A stretch of 63,968 nt of DNA, the filler included, from Rhabdomonas costata (Eukaryota): the NCBI GenBank assembly GCA_019059605.1. It is 23 parts of 23 records of this genome, joined end to end, with 100 filler letters (N's around TTAATTAATTAA, not from the genome) between each part and the next. Parts side by side here need not be neighbours in the genome. Positions count along the whole stretch, not along the records: positions 36,230 to 38,912 come from JAHMHO010002358.1; positions 39,013 to 41,697 come from JAHMHO010002359.1; positions 41,798 to 44,476 come from JAHMHO010002360.1; positions 44,577 to 47,259 come from JAHMHO010002361.1; positions 47,360 to 50,041 come from JAHMHO010002362.1; 18 more parts are not named here. The stretch is one strand, 5' to 3'. Positions 36,130 to 49,531 of this stretch are shown piece after piece. The notes beneath the pieces were generated by a model, which did not search any database, was not told the DNA's origin, and worked only from the letters and a program-made list of their open reading frames with translations. The translations under genes and the position numbers were made by a program. The stretch's first letter is position 1; every line of letters starts with the position of its first letter.

Positions 36130-37506
36130 NNNNNNNNNNNNNNNNNNNNNNNNNNNNNNNNNNNNNNNNNNNNTTAATTAATTAANNNNNNNNNNNNNNN
36201 NNNNNNNNNNNNNNNNNNNNNNNNNNNNNGGGTTGTTGGTGAGCAAAATCATTTTTACAATGATCGACTCGCTTTAGCCTGCTCGAGCTCTGGTTGCAAC
36301 GAATTTTCCAACCTATTGACAGAGTGAAAAAAAAGCATACATAAGCACACGTGCCTAAACCGCAAACCGCAAACAATTCACATTCCACAAAAGCGTAAAT
36401 CAAAACACACCCAGATGCCAGAGGAAATTAAGAAACCTGCAGCAATGTAGCAAAAACCACTAACTTTTGCATCATTTTGCCGATTACCCCCAGGACATCA
36501 CGGAACCCTCGAAAACGTCAAAAGCCTTGAACATCGCCACCAGTGATCATTGCACAAGCACCGGAAACAATCTCTCAAGGCCTCAACGCTCAACCACTTT
36601 CATACACCCTACACCATTGTCATAGTACCCTACAAAATTATTCCAGGTGTTCTTAATCTTTGAGCTCAGGGAGAAATTCTACCACCGACAAGCGCAGCAC
36701 ACAGCACGCGGGAGGGGGGGCAGAGACATCAACCCTCACCCCACCCCACGTCCAAACACACGCAAAGCTCCTCCACTGCCCGTCCAAAAATCCGGAGCGC
36801 GAGGGAAGAGGAGGGTAAAGCGGGTGACGAGCGAAGCCGAGAGAACAAGTACAAGTAGAGTGCTTCGCCAAAGAAGCCAAGGCTGCACGTCGGCGAAAGA
36901 GCGGACTGCAAGCCAAGGCTTGGCGTTCACAACTACTCACCGACAAGGGACTGTGCGCAAATGTGAGGAAAGAAGGAGGCAGGGAGAGAGAAGTGGTCGC
37001 TGGCCCAGCTGCGAAGGATGGGGCAGGTCCGAGGGATGCGGCCCAAGGGTAGGCCTAGGTTTTTTCTCCAAATGGAAACTTTACATACAATTGACAAGGC
37101 CTGGCTCTCGTTCAAATGATCTGCTCTTTTTGCATTTTCCAGTTTGTGCGGCGGTTTGTGTACACACAGGTTGTGCGGGGCTGGCTGGGGCTGTCGCGGG
37201 CCGCGCTGGCGTGGTTCCGGTTCATAAAAGCGGGTTACAAGGCCCTGAATAACCTAATAATAACCTAAATCACGGTGTACTGAAACGCACGGGCCAAAAA
37301 TTTTCGCAGTGCTCCTTCAAAAGTTTGGAAACGATCGCTGGCGGCACTGCCTTGGGTTTCTGCGCTCCTGAACGCGTAGGGTTGACTTTGTGCGGCATCC
37401 CCTTGTGGAAGGAATGCCAAAAAACCTAAAAATAGTCAGGCAGTCCAGGAAACTCTTGACATCACTCGGCGGCCGTGGCTTCGCCACTCTCACTTAACTC
37501 ACGAAC

Positions 37507-38912
37507 CTCAGCTGCTTGGCATCCTCTTCGGACCGCACCCCACAGCCCGAAGGCAGCCCCACCATAGCCATGGCCGTGCACATTGCTGCCGGCGCCCCCA
37601 CAGGGGTACCCCAGGCGAGCCCCAGCCTTTCCGCAGCTACCCATGCACGGGCCCTGTTGTGGTGGCGAAGCCCAGAAAGCCCCCCGGGTATCTCCTCTGC
37701 CAAGAAGCGCAGCGCCTCAGGAACGCAGAGCAGGGCACTGTAGTCCCGGGTGCCAACCCACTCGCTTTCCCGCGCAATGCCTGGAGAGTGTGGAGAGGTG
37801 TCGGGAATTGAGGTGTCGGGAGATAGGTTCCTTTTTCTTAGACGGCTTTCACACCATCAAAAAAAGCAGTACCAAAGTACACGATGCAGAACACTATCAC
37901 GAGGCCAATGCGCGGAACTTGGAAGAGAAGTTAAGGGAGTGAACAGTTTGACTCAATTCCCGCAAGAGTCAAAGAGAAAGCGCTCCAAACCTTTTCCCAA
38001 GTTGTGGGAGACGATTGGATGGTGAAGCTCCGCCAAATGTTCAGCCTTGCTGTGCATCACTGCAACTGTAGGGGGCGCGAACATCCATTTATGGAGGTTG
38101 CTCACGTAAAAGTCAGCATCGATGGCTTCCACATCCACGTCAACATTTCCCAGACCATGAGCTCCGTCGACAAAAACCTGCATGGAGAGAAAGAATTACT
38201 TTAATTATTTTTAAAAAAAGAGTGGTAGATTTAGAAAACCAAGACTAAACGCGACAATAATGAAATGCTGAAATACTGATGAAACGACAACGTGTAAACA
38301 AGGACGCAAAGGAGTTTTTGCCTGTTGGGGGTTCGGCATAAAATTTACAAAAAGCAAAACGAGTTCTGGGTTGCATGCGAAAATGGCAAACAGGTTGGTG
38401 ATCAGTGAAGTGCTGAAGTGCTGAAGTAAGATAACGTTGTCATAATTGTGCCGAGCCTCCGCTTAGCTTTCTGCAAAAGTTTATAAAGGTCACGTTGGGA
38501 TGAGCGTCTGCGGTCTGCGGTAGATGGACCAACTACCAGGATGAATTTTTTTGAATCCCAAATCCCCAATCCTGCTCGGGTGAGACAGGTAATTGAACTC
38601 CAAGCACTAAAATGGACTTAAAAAAGGCGAGTAGTACTGGCGCTGGAACAGTCCCTGAAGTTTCAATATTGTCTCTGATTAGCAAGACGAAAAGTCTTTT
38701 TTTTTTTTGCTTTTTTGCTTTAGCCGTAGCGGTATAAGGAACAGAGCGGCGCTGTGAACCCTGAGCGCTCAGTGACGCAGTCACACAGTGAACACTTGCA
38801 AAACCCAGAACCACAAACCAGCTGAATTCCGCAGCAGCGGCACAGTTTCACGAGTTCTTCCACGGGCAGCAGCATCGAGGGCATCGAGGACACGTGATCG
38901 AGAACTCCCACA
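37507..38912 (-). CDS. LCD: PLP-dependent class V enzyme, plant-type L-cysteine desulfhydrase-like (partial)
   Basis: Exons 38912-38819, 38177-37991 and 37780-37507: DHVSSMPS..PVEELVKLCR, VFVDGAHGLG..DADFYVSNLHKWMFAPP (PLP Lys), HHPIVSHNLGKG..ESEWVGTRDYSA, AWGT..G.P..MC..M.MVGLP. Confidence 0.85.
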
Positions 38913-39020
38913 NNNNNNNNNNNNNNNNNNNNNNNNNNNNNNNNNNNNNNNNNNNNTTAATTAATTAANNNNNNNNNNNNNNNNNNNNNNNNNNNNNNNN
39001 NNNNNNNNNNNNGGTGGTGT

Positions 39021-39199
39021 TTAATCCCTCCCCCTTTCCCTCCCCCTCCCCACTCGATGGAAAATACATTGAATGAGGGACGGTCCACAAGCATCAGCGA
39101 AGGCATGGAGGGCGAGAAGGCTCAATTTCCCGAGAAAGTAGCAGTATTTCTTGTCTTTTCCATCGAGTGGGGAGGGGGAGGGAAAGGGGGAGGGATTAA
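39021..39199. repeat. Perfect 44-bp inverted repeat around a 91-bp spacer
   Basis: 39021-39064 is the exact reverse complement of 39156-39199 (TTAATCCCTCCCCCTTTCCCTCCCCCTCCCCACTCGATGGAAAA). Confidence 0.9.
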
Positions 39200-39602
39200 G
39201 CAACGGCCAAGAATACCCTTGGATCTCACGGTGGAACTCCCAAAATCACTGAAACAAAACTAACTAAACCTACTGCACTCACCGACCTAAAAACGTCCCT
39301 CACGTTTTCAGACCGAAACATGAAAACAGATGAGGTGCACCGCGCAGCAATGCGCGCACAGACGCATATCCACGCATGACCTCCCCCTTCAGGCATACCG
39401 CGCCTCGAAAGGAGGGAGTTGCGGAGCCTCCGTGAACCGAATCGGCAGGGGGGCTGGAGCGACACCAGGGGCGGGCACACCGCTGCAAGACTGAGACACA
39501 CAGCAAAGAAAGGGTGCCAGTCATGGCAACAAATGAGAAAAGTGCTGGTGAACCAGAGACTCAGGAGCAGGCATCCAGCAAGCATCCAAAGCGCAAGCAT
39601 AC

Positions 39603-39716
39603 TGAGCAGCAGCCTTCCACGGGGGACTGGCTGGTAGCCCTTTGGACGGGGTTAGGCACCACCGCAGGCATCACCGGCCCGGAGGGATTCCCGTCCGAAC
39701 CTCGCAGGACTTGCAT
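39603..39716 (-). CDS. Possible first exon of an uncharacterised gene downstream of the TyrA gene
   Basis: Acceptor near 39750, GCCATG start and GTATGC donor: MQVLRGSDGNPSGPVMPAVVPNPVQRATSQSPVEGCCS. Confidence 0.3.
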
Positions 39717-40403
39717 GGCTTCTGGGAAAGGCGGAGGTGGCAAAACTGCTTGAGCACACCAACCAAAACCACCAACAATATGAGGCTACACCGTAAACAG
39801 AGTTTTTCACCACGGCACACCACAGTATGCTGCGAAGGACAACGAGCACAAATACAGGCGAAAAAGACTGAAATGTCACATACTAAATACTCAGTTTTGG
39901 GGCGTTACTAGCCTTATATCAAAAGAAAGGGAAGGGAAGGATTGCAGCTCAGTAAGGCGTCAAGACTGCAGTCTTTGTTATGTTTTGGCGCTATAACTCT
40001 TCTCAAGCGTTGGATCAAAAAGATGCCCCAAAACGTCCTCTGAATCTTCCTCTGCGTCCTTCCGAATGTTCATAAACACAAAAACTGCCAGACTTCCTCA
40101 CCGGGTAGATGAGTGGAGGAGGTTATCGTAGGTCTTATCTAAGGGAGGGAGGTCATGTGTGCAAAGGAAACCCAGAAACCACCCTGCCGCCACCAATTTG
40201 TTACCCAGCAGCCCGGCATCCACGGCACATTTCTGCCAATTGCGCAATTATCAATGGTCGCATTGATTACGGATTCGTTTTGAGAAGGGCTGAGAGACAA
40301 AATGGAATTGCTCATTGCATAAGAAGCACGCCAATGTGGTGTCCGACAAGTCACCGATTCGGAATGAAAAATTCCGCGCAGTCAGGCGCCCAGCCACCCC
40401 AGG

Positions 40404-41282
40404 CTACATAAGGCTGGTGGCACTGCTGTTGGAAGCCGCGGAGGCGGTGGCGGGCAGGGCCTTCTCTGGCCCACCCTGCTCCAGCTGACCCTTGACCTCC
40501 AGTAGGGCCTGCAGAAGCCGGTCCATCTGCACCTTGGCGTTGGGATTGTGCCTATGTGAAGGGGTGATTGGGAAAGATTGCCAACGAAGTATGTTTCACA
40601 TAAACTCACAACTGCCCCTTCTGCGCCTTAGTCGCTTCTGAGCACTCCACATCTAACTGCTTTTCAGGTATAACACCAAGAACTTTCCGGGTTCACTGCA
40701 AAACATGTTCACAAACAGTGGCAGGTAAATTATCTAAAGTCTTCGAATGGACAACTGTCACAAACTATTTTCTGAGTTTACGGGTGAAACCTTTTCAGTA
40801 ATTAGAAAAGGTCCTCCACAAAACGGGCACTACCAAAATCTCTGCAGACTAGCGTTACATGCATCTTTTCCATAATCCCTCATTATTTCACAGGCCAATA
40901 AATAGCAGGCAAACCAGCGGCAAAATAGAATAGTTTTCAACCCCGCGTCTGCAGACCCAAAAACAGCGTCAAGTGCGTCAGTCTTGGCCGGTAGTAATTG
41001 GGTCCGTCATTCAGGCACCCACCTGTACAACGCCATGAAGAGATCAAAGCTGTCCGCGCAGGTGTTCTCCATCAGCTTCAGGAGGGTCTCAAAACCCACG
41101 GTGTTGATCGGGGTGGAGCGGATTCCCAGAGTCCCCAGCATGCGCCCGGTAAGGTGGGTGATGAACTGGCTCCCTGCGGCGTAGCGGTCGTGCTCCTCGC
41201 ACCGCATGGGCACCATGCGGCACCCCGACTGCTCGAAGATCTCGAGGAACCGCACGCAGCGGTGGTTGTCCGTAACACGAAC
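40404..41282 (-). CDS. tyrA: Arogenate/prephenate dehydrogenase, plant-type TyrA, C-terminal exons
   Basis: Exons 41282-41023 and 40551-40404: FLEIFEQSGCRMVPMRCEEHDRYAAGSQFITHLTGRML..STPINTVGFETLLKLMENTCADSFDLFMALYRHNPNA..*. Confidence 0.9.
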
Positions 41283-42962
41283 CTGCGATAGAAACCAAAG
41301 CAGGCACGGGTTCCCAACATTCCTTCAGAGAAACGTTCCTGCTTCCAGCGTCGCATGGGCAGCTAAGAAGGACGAGGCAGGCAAGCAGCATTCACTTTGC
41401 TCTTCACGAAGGTGCTTGAACATGTTCATCGGAAATTTGGAAGAAAACCGCTAAGCCAGAGGAAAACTGCGCAGTGCTGAAGAATCCATCAATCAAGCTG
41501 AAAAATTCGCATCGAAGAGGATGTTTCTTGTTTTCGTGAAAACAGTATTTTGTAGCGTTCCAGTCATCACCAGTGAAAGAGCAGGTGCTGGCTGAAACGC
41601 GGGGGAGAAAATAAATAATGAAGCCGCAGCGCGTCGGGACGAAGGAACAAATAAGCTCGACAGTTGGGGCTGCATTTATCAATGGCCACACACCACANNN
41701 NNNNNNNNNNNNNNNNNNNNNNNNNNNNNNNNNNNNNNNNNTTAATTAATTAANNNNNNNNNNNNNNNNNNNNNNNNNNNNNNNNNNNNNNNNNNNNGGT
41801 GGGGGTGGTGCGCAGGAAAAAGCCTGTATGCAATGGAGTGCTGTCTGAAATCAAAAAGCAGCCAAAGTCTACTGTAGGATAGCTAGATCTGTACCATACT
41901 GCCTAAGTGCTTTGGCTTGCTCGTCGGTCCAGCGGTGGCCTCGGGTGCCACATTTCTTTGCCCTGCTTGACGTTCTTCCAGGCTTCCAAAGTACATTTGT
42001 GAACGAAGCGCCGTGGTTCCCATTGCTGGAAATGTTGACGGTTAGAAGTGGAGTGGAAATATCTCTCGGAAACAGGGAGGACGAGACCGAGGCCCAAGTG
42101 GTGTACGTTGTTATCGTATGTGGTGAGTAGACCCGTTGCAGGAATGTTGTAAGGGTCCCTAGATTCCGCGGTGTTTGCACGTGCGGTAAGCTACCAGGAA
42201 GAGTCCGTGATTCTTCACCTGTACTGCTTTTGTTTTGACATTTCTTTTATGATCTGACGTGGAGAAAGAAGCTCGAGAAGGAGAGAAAGGAGTTGGGAGT
42301 GGAAAGCGAAGGAAGGTGGACGGACACTGGTTTGCTGAGCGGTGAACGTGCGGTGCCTTGTGCCGTGTTGCGCTGAAACCTTTCTTTTGCAAGGGAATTG
42401 AATTTTGCATGAATGACAACAGAATTGCACTGTACTGTCGGTGAAATAGTTGCAGACGTGGAACTGTTGAAAGCGGACTGTTGCAGAGGAGGGGGGGAGG
42501 AATTCATCTCCTTTTCTCTACAGACACTAATTACCAAGCGAAGGGAGTGGCCTCAGCAGAAGAGCCCCGGAAGTTCCTAGAACGAATTGAGGAGTTTACG
42601 AAGATGCATGTTCACACGCGTTCCGGGAAGTGGTAAGATGCTTTGAACCGACTTTGACCACCTCACTTTCAGATGCGCGATGCAGCAACCATTTCGAGCC
42701 GAACGAAAGGTGGGAAGTCTCAGTTATGAGTCGGAGTCGTCCGAAGCGCTACGGTTCCCAATAATTGGTGTCACGTGCAGCCATTGCGCTCGCGTTCCCA
42801 TTGCAAGCCTGAATTCAAGTGCAATCACCGCATCATCTCTTGCACAACCGCACAACGGCCTGTCTATTGTCCATTGGAAATGGTTAATTTTGCACTCCAC
42901 CCACGACCCGTTGACAAGAAGAAGATGGAATTTGTATCTCCGTAGATATAAAAAACAAGCAC

Positions 42963-44231
42963 CTGCAATCCCGAACTTATTGTTGAGCTCCTTGGTCGCC
43001 TTTGCAATGATCTCCGTGGCCTGAGAGACCCTGTCCGACACATGGAACTGCTCGTCAGGGGGGGCTGTGGCACCAACTCCTCCAGCGGTGCGGTGGATGA
43101 AGACGTTCTGGAGCGTGTCCGAGGCGTCCGAAAGGCGGCCCCGAAGTGAGCCAGAGACCCCTTGAAGCTCAACGACGGCCTTCTGGCTCGCATCGTAGGC
43201 GTAGGCCCCAATGGTTGCAAGTCCGACAAAGATCTTAAAAAGGACATGCTTAACGCGGTTTTTCGGGAGTAGGGACAAGGAGGAAGGTGGCAAGGTCCAC
43301 AAAAAAATCAGGACTAACCTGCTCAGCTGCGGGAACCACCAACGGGGCAACTGCGGAGGTCACTTTTAAGGTTTCGTCGAACTGCTGCGCCCGGCCCATC
43401 AGAGGAACCACCGCCGCAGCGGCCCCAGCGAGGGCATTGGTAAGTTGTCGCGTGGGGACCTCCGCCTGGCTTCCGCACTTCAGCACTTCCGTCAAGCTGT
43501 GAATCTTATAAAGAACCAAAAGAACAAAGCACCACGAAGACTTTGCGGGCAGGCAAACAATAGGAATCAAGAAATCCATCCCATAAAGAACGGAACCACA
43601 ATGACTGTAAAGGTGAAAAAGTGCAAAGTGAATCAGTGAAAAATAAAGATAAAGACTTCTACTTTTTTCTTCTTTTCTCCCATCTTTTCATATTGGGAGC
43701 GAACCTGGGTCAAGTAGGAGGCAGTGGTGGTGACGGCAGCTTTCAACAATCCGTTTTGGTGGATGGATACGAGACTTGTACCGAACTAGTTCAAGTTCAT
43801 TCATTTGACATAACAAGGCATTTTTGAGAGTTTTGGTAATTGCAGAGGCTTTACCAACTCGGCAGGGCTCTTGTCTCGTGGCTGGAGATGTGCCTTGGCT
43901 CCAAATTTGCCTCCGGTTTCCAAGAAAAAAATGAATTAAGAGGTCCCGGTCCCGGTTATCTTGTAGCTTTTTTTCCTTTCTTATCTTTTTTATTGTCGTT
44001 AGCGTTTACGGTATATGTTCCTCCCTGGCAGGAGGGGCTGGCTTTTCAGGCATCCTGTATTGTCACAGCACGGGAGCGCAGGTCCACCAGAGTTAGGGAG
44101 TCCCTCACTTTCGCAAGGTGCATGCCCAAAAAGGCGCTGGCGGTCTCGGTGAGGCCAGGATGCAGTGTGTCATATTGCCCCAGCTTGCTCTGAATCTCGT
44201 CCACGGCGCTTTGAGCGATCTCCAACCCCCT
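42963..44231 (-). CDS. Helical-repeat protein resembling the Vip1/BPA1 C-terminal repeats (partial)
   Basis: Exons 44231-44109, 43465-43319 and 43233-42963 splice in phase. Repeats GQYDTLHPGLTETA, RAQQFDETLKVTSAV and DEQFHVSDRVSQA. The family call is tentative. Confidence 0.5.
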
Positions 44232-45033
44232 CTGAAAGGAGGTGTTAGGGTCCGCATGACAAACGATAGCTTTATCAGACATTACAACAAGCGGGGAATG
44301 AAAACCAGGGCAAAAACTGCTTCCAGAAGGAAGTACAGGCGGGTCTCGAAGTTGCAATCGAGCAATGCGGTAACGGCTAGAGCAGCAAGAGAAGACAGCA
44401 CCAAGGAATGACCATCTCCTGAAAAAGAATTAACAGTGGCATTGAAACCCTGGTTAGTGTGCCCTCCCCCACAAACNNNNNNNNNNNNNNNNNNNNNNNN
44501 NNNNNNNNNNNNNNNNNNNNTTAATTAATTAANNNNNNNNNNNNNNNNNNNNNNNNNNNNNNNNNNNNNNNNNNNNTTGTTGGGTTTATTTTTTCGTGAG
44601 AAGAAACTTGCGAAATACTGTGGGTCATGGGAGACGGGGGGGGGGATGAATAGCAGGAGTTCTCATGCGTGCAAAGATAGCCGGAGTAGACGGTGTGTGT
44701 ATTCCTTTTTTCACCAATATTTACTTCACCGTAAGGCAGATGATAGACGTTCACTGATGATGCGTCACGTAAGGCAACATTCTTGGAAGTGATTACATAC
44801 ATATCCCTTTACATTCATCACAGAGGGACTTGGGCTCACGGGGCGGAAAAACACGGCGAGAACAAAACACGTATCGCCAATTCTGTGACCCAAGCCACGG
44901 GATAAGTCACCAGGAACTCAGCCCGACAGCAGAGGCAAAGAAAAGGTTGCTATGGTAGTCAACCTCATGCCCCGAGGCGTCGAGCTAAGCTACTGCTGCT
45001 GCATATATACAGGACGAAAACTCGTTTGCACCC

Positions 45034-47259
45034 TTACGGGGGTTTCCGCAGAAGGCTCGGCAGACCCCACAGCGGGGTCTCCGTGAGCACGTCGAACGGT
45101 ACCCGCACCGCAAAGAGCCTCGCCAGAGTGTTCTGCAGCTCCAGCAGGGACAGCGAGTCCAGCCCGAGCTCCACCAGCGACGCAGACTGCGGAGAGCAGT
45201 CCACCACCTCCGGCCGAAGGTGCTGCAGGAGAAGCTCCCGCAGAACAGGGGCGGGGTCCTGTTCCGCCACTGTCACAATCGGAGGGGGAGTAGGTGACCG
45301 GCGAGCTGCAGGCTCGACACCAAAAGACTCCCTGCCAACTCTCGCCGGGGAGCATGAGCCCACCGAGACCCTTCCGCCGTGGTGCCTCTCCAGAAGGAAG
45401 CCAGGAATACAGGCCATCGACCCCAGACTGCACAGCACCCGGGGGAGGCAATACTGCAGCTGGCCACGCAAAAGGTAAGAGGACCACCGGCAACGCACTG
45501 ACCCCTCAACCATGCACGGCATGGAACAACCCAATCCAACCACGGGAGCGCCCTCTCCCCTCCACTGTTGCACGAAGCTGTCCAGAGCGGCGTTTGCAGC
45601 GCTGTAGTTCGCTTGGCCTGCAGCCCCAAGGGCGCCGGCAACAGAGCTGTACACCACAAAGAAGTCGAGGGGGTGGCTCATCGTGCATCGCAGCAGGTGC
45701 TGCGCTGCAGTCACCTTTGGAGCCCACACGTTCTCCAGCTTGCCTTCATCCTGGTTCATCAGCACAGCATCGGCAAGGGCTCCGGCGGCGTGGACCACTC
45801 CTCGCAGGTCACCATGGTTGGTCGCTATCATCTCTACTGCTGCCCTCACCTCCGAAAAGTTCCGCACATCACAGCGTATCACCACCACCCTCGCCCCACT
45901 TTGCTGCAGGCGGCGCCACTCACCCATCGAAAACTCGTCCGGGCTTCCGGTTCTCGATAGAAGCGCGACGGTACCACACCCCTGCTCTGCAAGCCAACGC
46001 GCAGTTACAAGCCCCAAGCCGCGGGTGCCTCCACTAATAACATATGTTCCCCCAGAAATGACCACGCCAGAGGAGCTTGGGATGCTCAGAACAACTTTCC
46101 CGATGTGCAGCCCATGCTGCATGGTTCGAAAGGCCTGCTGGACTCTTGCGGGAATCTCAAAAGCTGTGCAAGGTAATGGAACAGCTTGTCCTTTTTCGAC
46201 GCGGCGCGACAGCTTCTTAAGAAACTCGTGATACCGAGGAGGATCAACATATATCGCTTGATAAGCTATGTCAGGTCGCCGCGCCAGAACCTCAGCCTCA
46301 CTCAGAATCTCTCGCTTCCCAAGTTCCACAAAGCGCCCCCCACGGCCGAGCAATGCAAGCGAGTGCTCGATAAACTTTCCCGACAGGCAGTTCAAGACAA
46401 CATGGATTTGCTTTCCTTGCAGCATTTGGACCATTTCCCGGCGAAAAAGCTCGGCATCACGGGAGCTGGTGATGTGACGCACCCCCATCACCTTCTCGAG
46501 GTAGGCTGCCTTCTCACGGCGGCCTACCGTAGCATACACTTCTGCGCCAACTTGCTGGGCATACTGAATGGCTGCGAGACCAACACCGCCTGCGGCACTG
46601 TGGATCAAAACTCGCTCGCCGCGGCAAAGATGAGCCACCGCCTCCAGCCCGCATTCCACCGTGAGAAACACTGTGGGCAGAGAGGCTGCTTCACAAAACC
46701 CAGCATTCTTGGGCATCCGACCGAGGTTGAACCAGGAAGTTCGGATTTGGCTCTGCAGGCAGCCTGTCACACACCCGTAAACTTTGTCCCCAGCAGCGAG
46801 CTCCACAACCCCACTCCCAACTCGCCGAACTACACCTGCGCAGTCCGTCCCAGGAGGGCCAGGATCACCAGGATACAAACCAAGCACATTCAGGACATCT
46901 CGAAAGTTCAGGCCAACCGCCCGAACTTCAACCTCGACCTCGTCTGCGCGAAGGCCCTCAGGAATGACCTGCTTCTCAAACTTAAGGCTGCTAGTACTTC
47001 CTCGGGTAAAGCTAACTCCATATGGTGCTGGGACCAGCGTCTCCGCGGCGCAAGCGAGGCGACGGAGGTACACACGCTCTTGCCGGATAGCAAGATCGGC
47101 TGCGCCTGGAGCTCGTGATTTCAAAACATGTAGGAGACGAGCTTCCTCGAAAGCAGAGCACTTACCCTCAGCCTCCAAATCAATGCATACTGCCTCCAGG
47201 CCAGCAATCTCCACTCGTGCGGTGCGAATCAAACCCCACAAGCCCGCCCCCCAAGGTGC
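45034..47259 (-). CDS. Type I polyketide synthase, terminal ER-KR-ACP region (5'-partial, no introns)
   Basis: Open to the contig end. LWGLIRTARVE (KR structural part), ER (GLNFRDVL, GTDCAG, LIHSAAGGVGLAA), KR (GGTRGLG, HAAGALAD, SSVAG..GQANYSAAN), ACP (LGLDSL), then stop. Confidence 0.95.
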   Translation of the reverse strand, partial: APWGAGLWGLIRTARVEIAGLEAVCIDLEAEGKCSAFEEARLLHVLKSRAPGAADLAIRQERVYLRRLACAAETLVPAPYGVSFTRGSTSSLKFEKQVIPEGLRADEVEVEVRAVGLNFRDVLNVLGLYPGDPGPPGTDCAGVVRRVGSGVVELAAGDKVYGCVTGCLQSQIRTSWFNLGRMPKNAGFCEAASLPTVFLTVECGLEAVAHLCRGERVLIHSAAGGVGLAAIQYAQQVGAEVYATVGRREKAAYLEKVMGVRHITSSRDAELFRREMVQMLQGKQIHVVLNCLSGKFIEHSLALLGRGGRFVELGKREILSEAEVLARRPDIAYQAIYVDPPRYHEFLKKLSRRVEKGQAVPLPCTAFEIPARVQQAFRTMQHGLHIGKVVLSIPSSSGVVISGGTYVISGGTRGLGLVTARWLAEQGCGTVALLSRTGSPDEFSMGEWRRLQQSGARVVVIRCDVRNFSEVRAAVEMIATNHGDLRGVVHAAGALADAVLMNQDEGKLENVWAPKVTAAQHLLRCTMSHPLDFFVVYSSVAGALGAAGQANYSAANAALDSFVQQWRGEGAPVVGLGCSMPCMVEGSVRCRWSSYLLRGQLQYCLPRVLCSLGSMACIPGFLLERHHGGRVSVGSCSPARVGRESFGVEPAARRSPTPPPIVTVAEQDPAPVLRELLLQHLRPEVVDCSPQSASLVELGLDSLSLLELQNTLARLFAVRVPFDVLTETPLWGLPSLLRKPP

Positions 47260-47812
47260 NNNNNNNNNNNNNNNNNNNNNNNNNNNNNNNNNNNNNNNNN
47301 NNNTTAATTAATTAANNNNNNNNNNNNNNNNNNNNNNNNNNNNNNNNNNNNNNNNNNNNGGGGTTTGGGAGAGGGGTGCGAGGGCTGCGATCAACATGAT
47401 TCCGTGGTACTCATAAACCGTCTTCTTGACGATGTAGGATGGTTGTATTTTATTGTGTCCCCGTATATTTTGCGCAGGTTGGCACCCTGTCATATGCATT
47501 GCGTTTCCGACCCCAATCGTCCTCGAGACTTTTGGCAACAGATATTGGTCCGAATTGTTTTCCTTTTTTGCCCTCCTCGTATCACTTTTTTGCTTCGACC
47601 TTCCCGTCACTCACCGTCGTCGGTCATTGACTGGGCAACCTTAATCTGGCAACCTGAACTATTAGTTTCGCCTTGGCTGTGTCGGCTGCTTTATTTAGCT
47701 GCTCCCCTGCCATCTCCGATTCCTCCAGAATCACCTCTTGCCCCTGTCCTCCTTGTTATTTATCTTGCTTCTCGTCTCCTCGTCTTCTTCTCTTCTGTTT
47801 GTCGTGTCGCAG

Positions 47813-49531
<1,719 letters not shown>

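Noticed and set aside
45294-47118. Long plus-strand ORFs (45294-46037, 46186-47118)
   Set aside because: They are antisense shadows of the GC-rich PKS ORF with no recognisable motifs. The same applies to 14230-14832 over the F-box exon.
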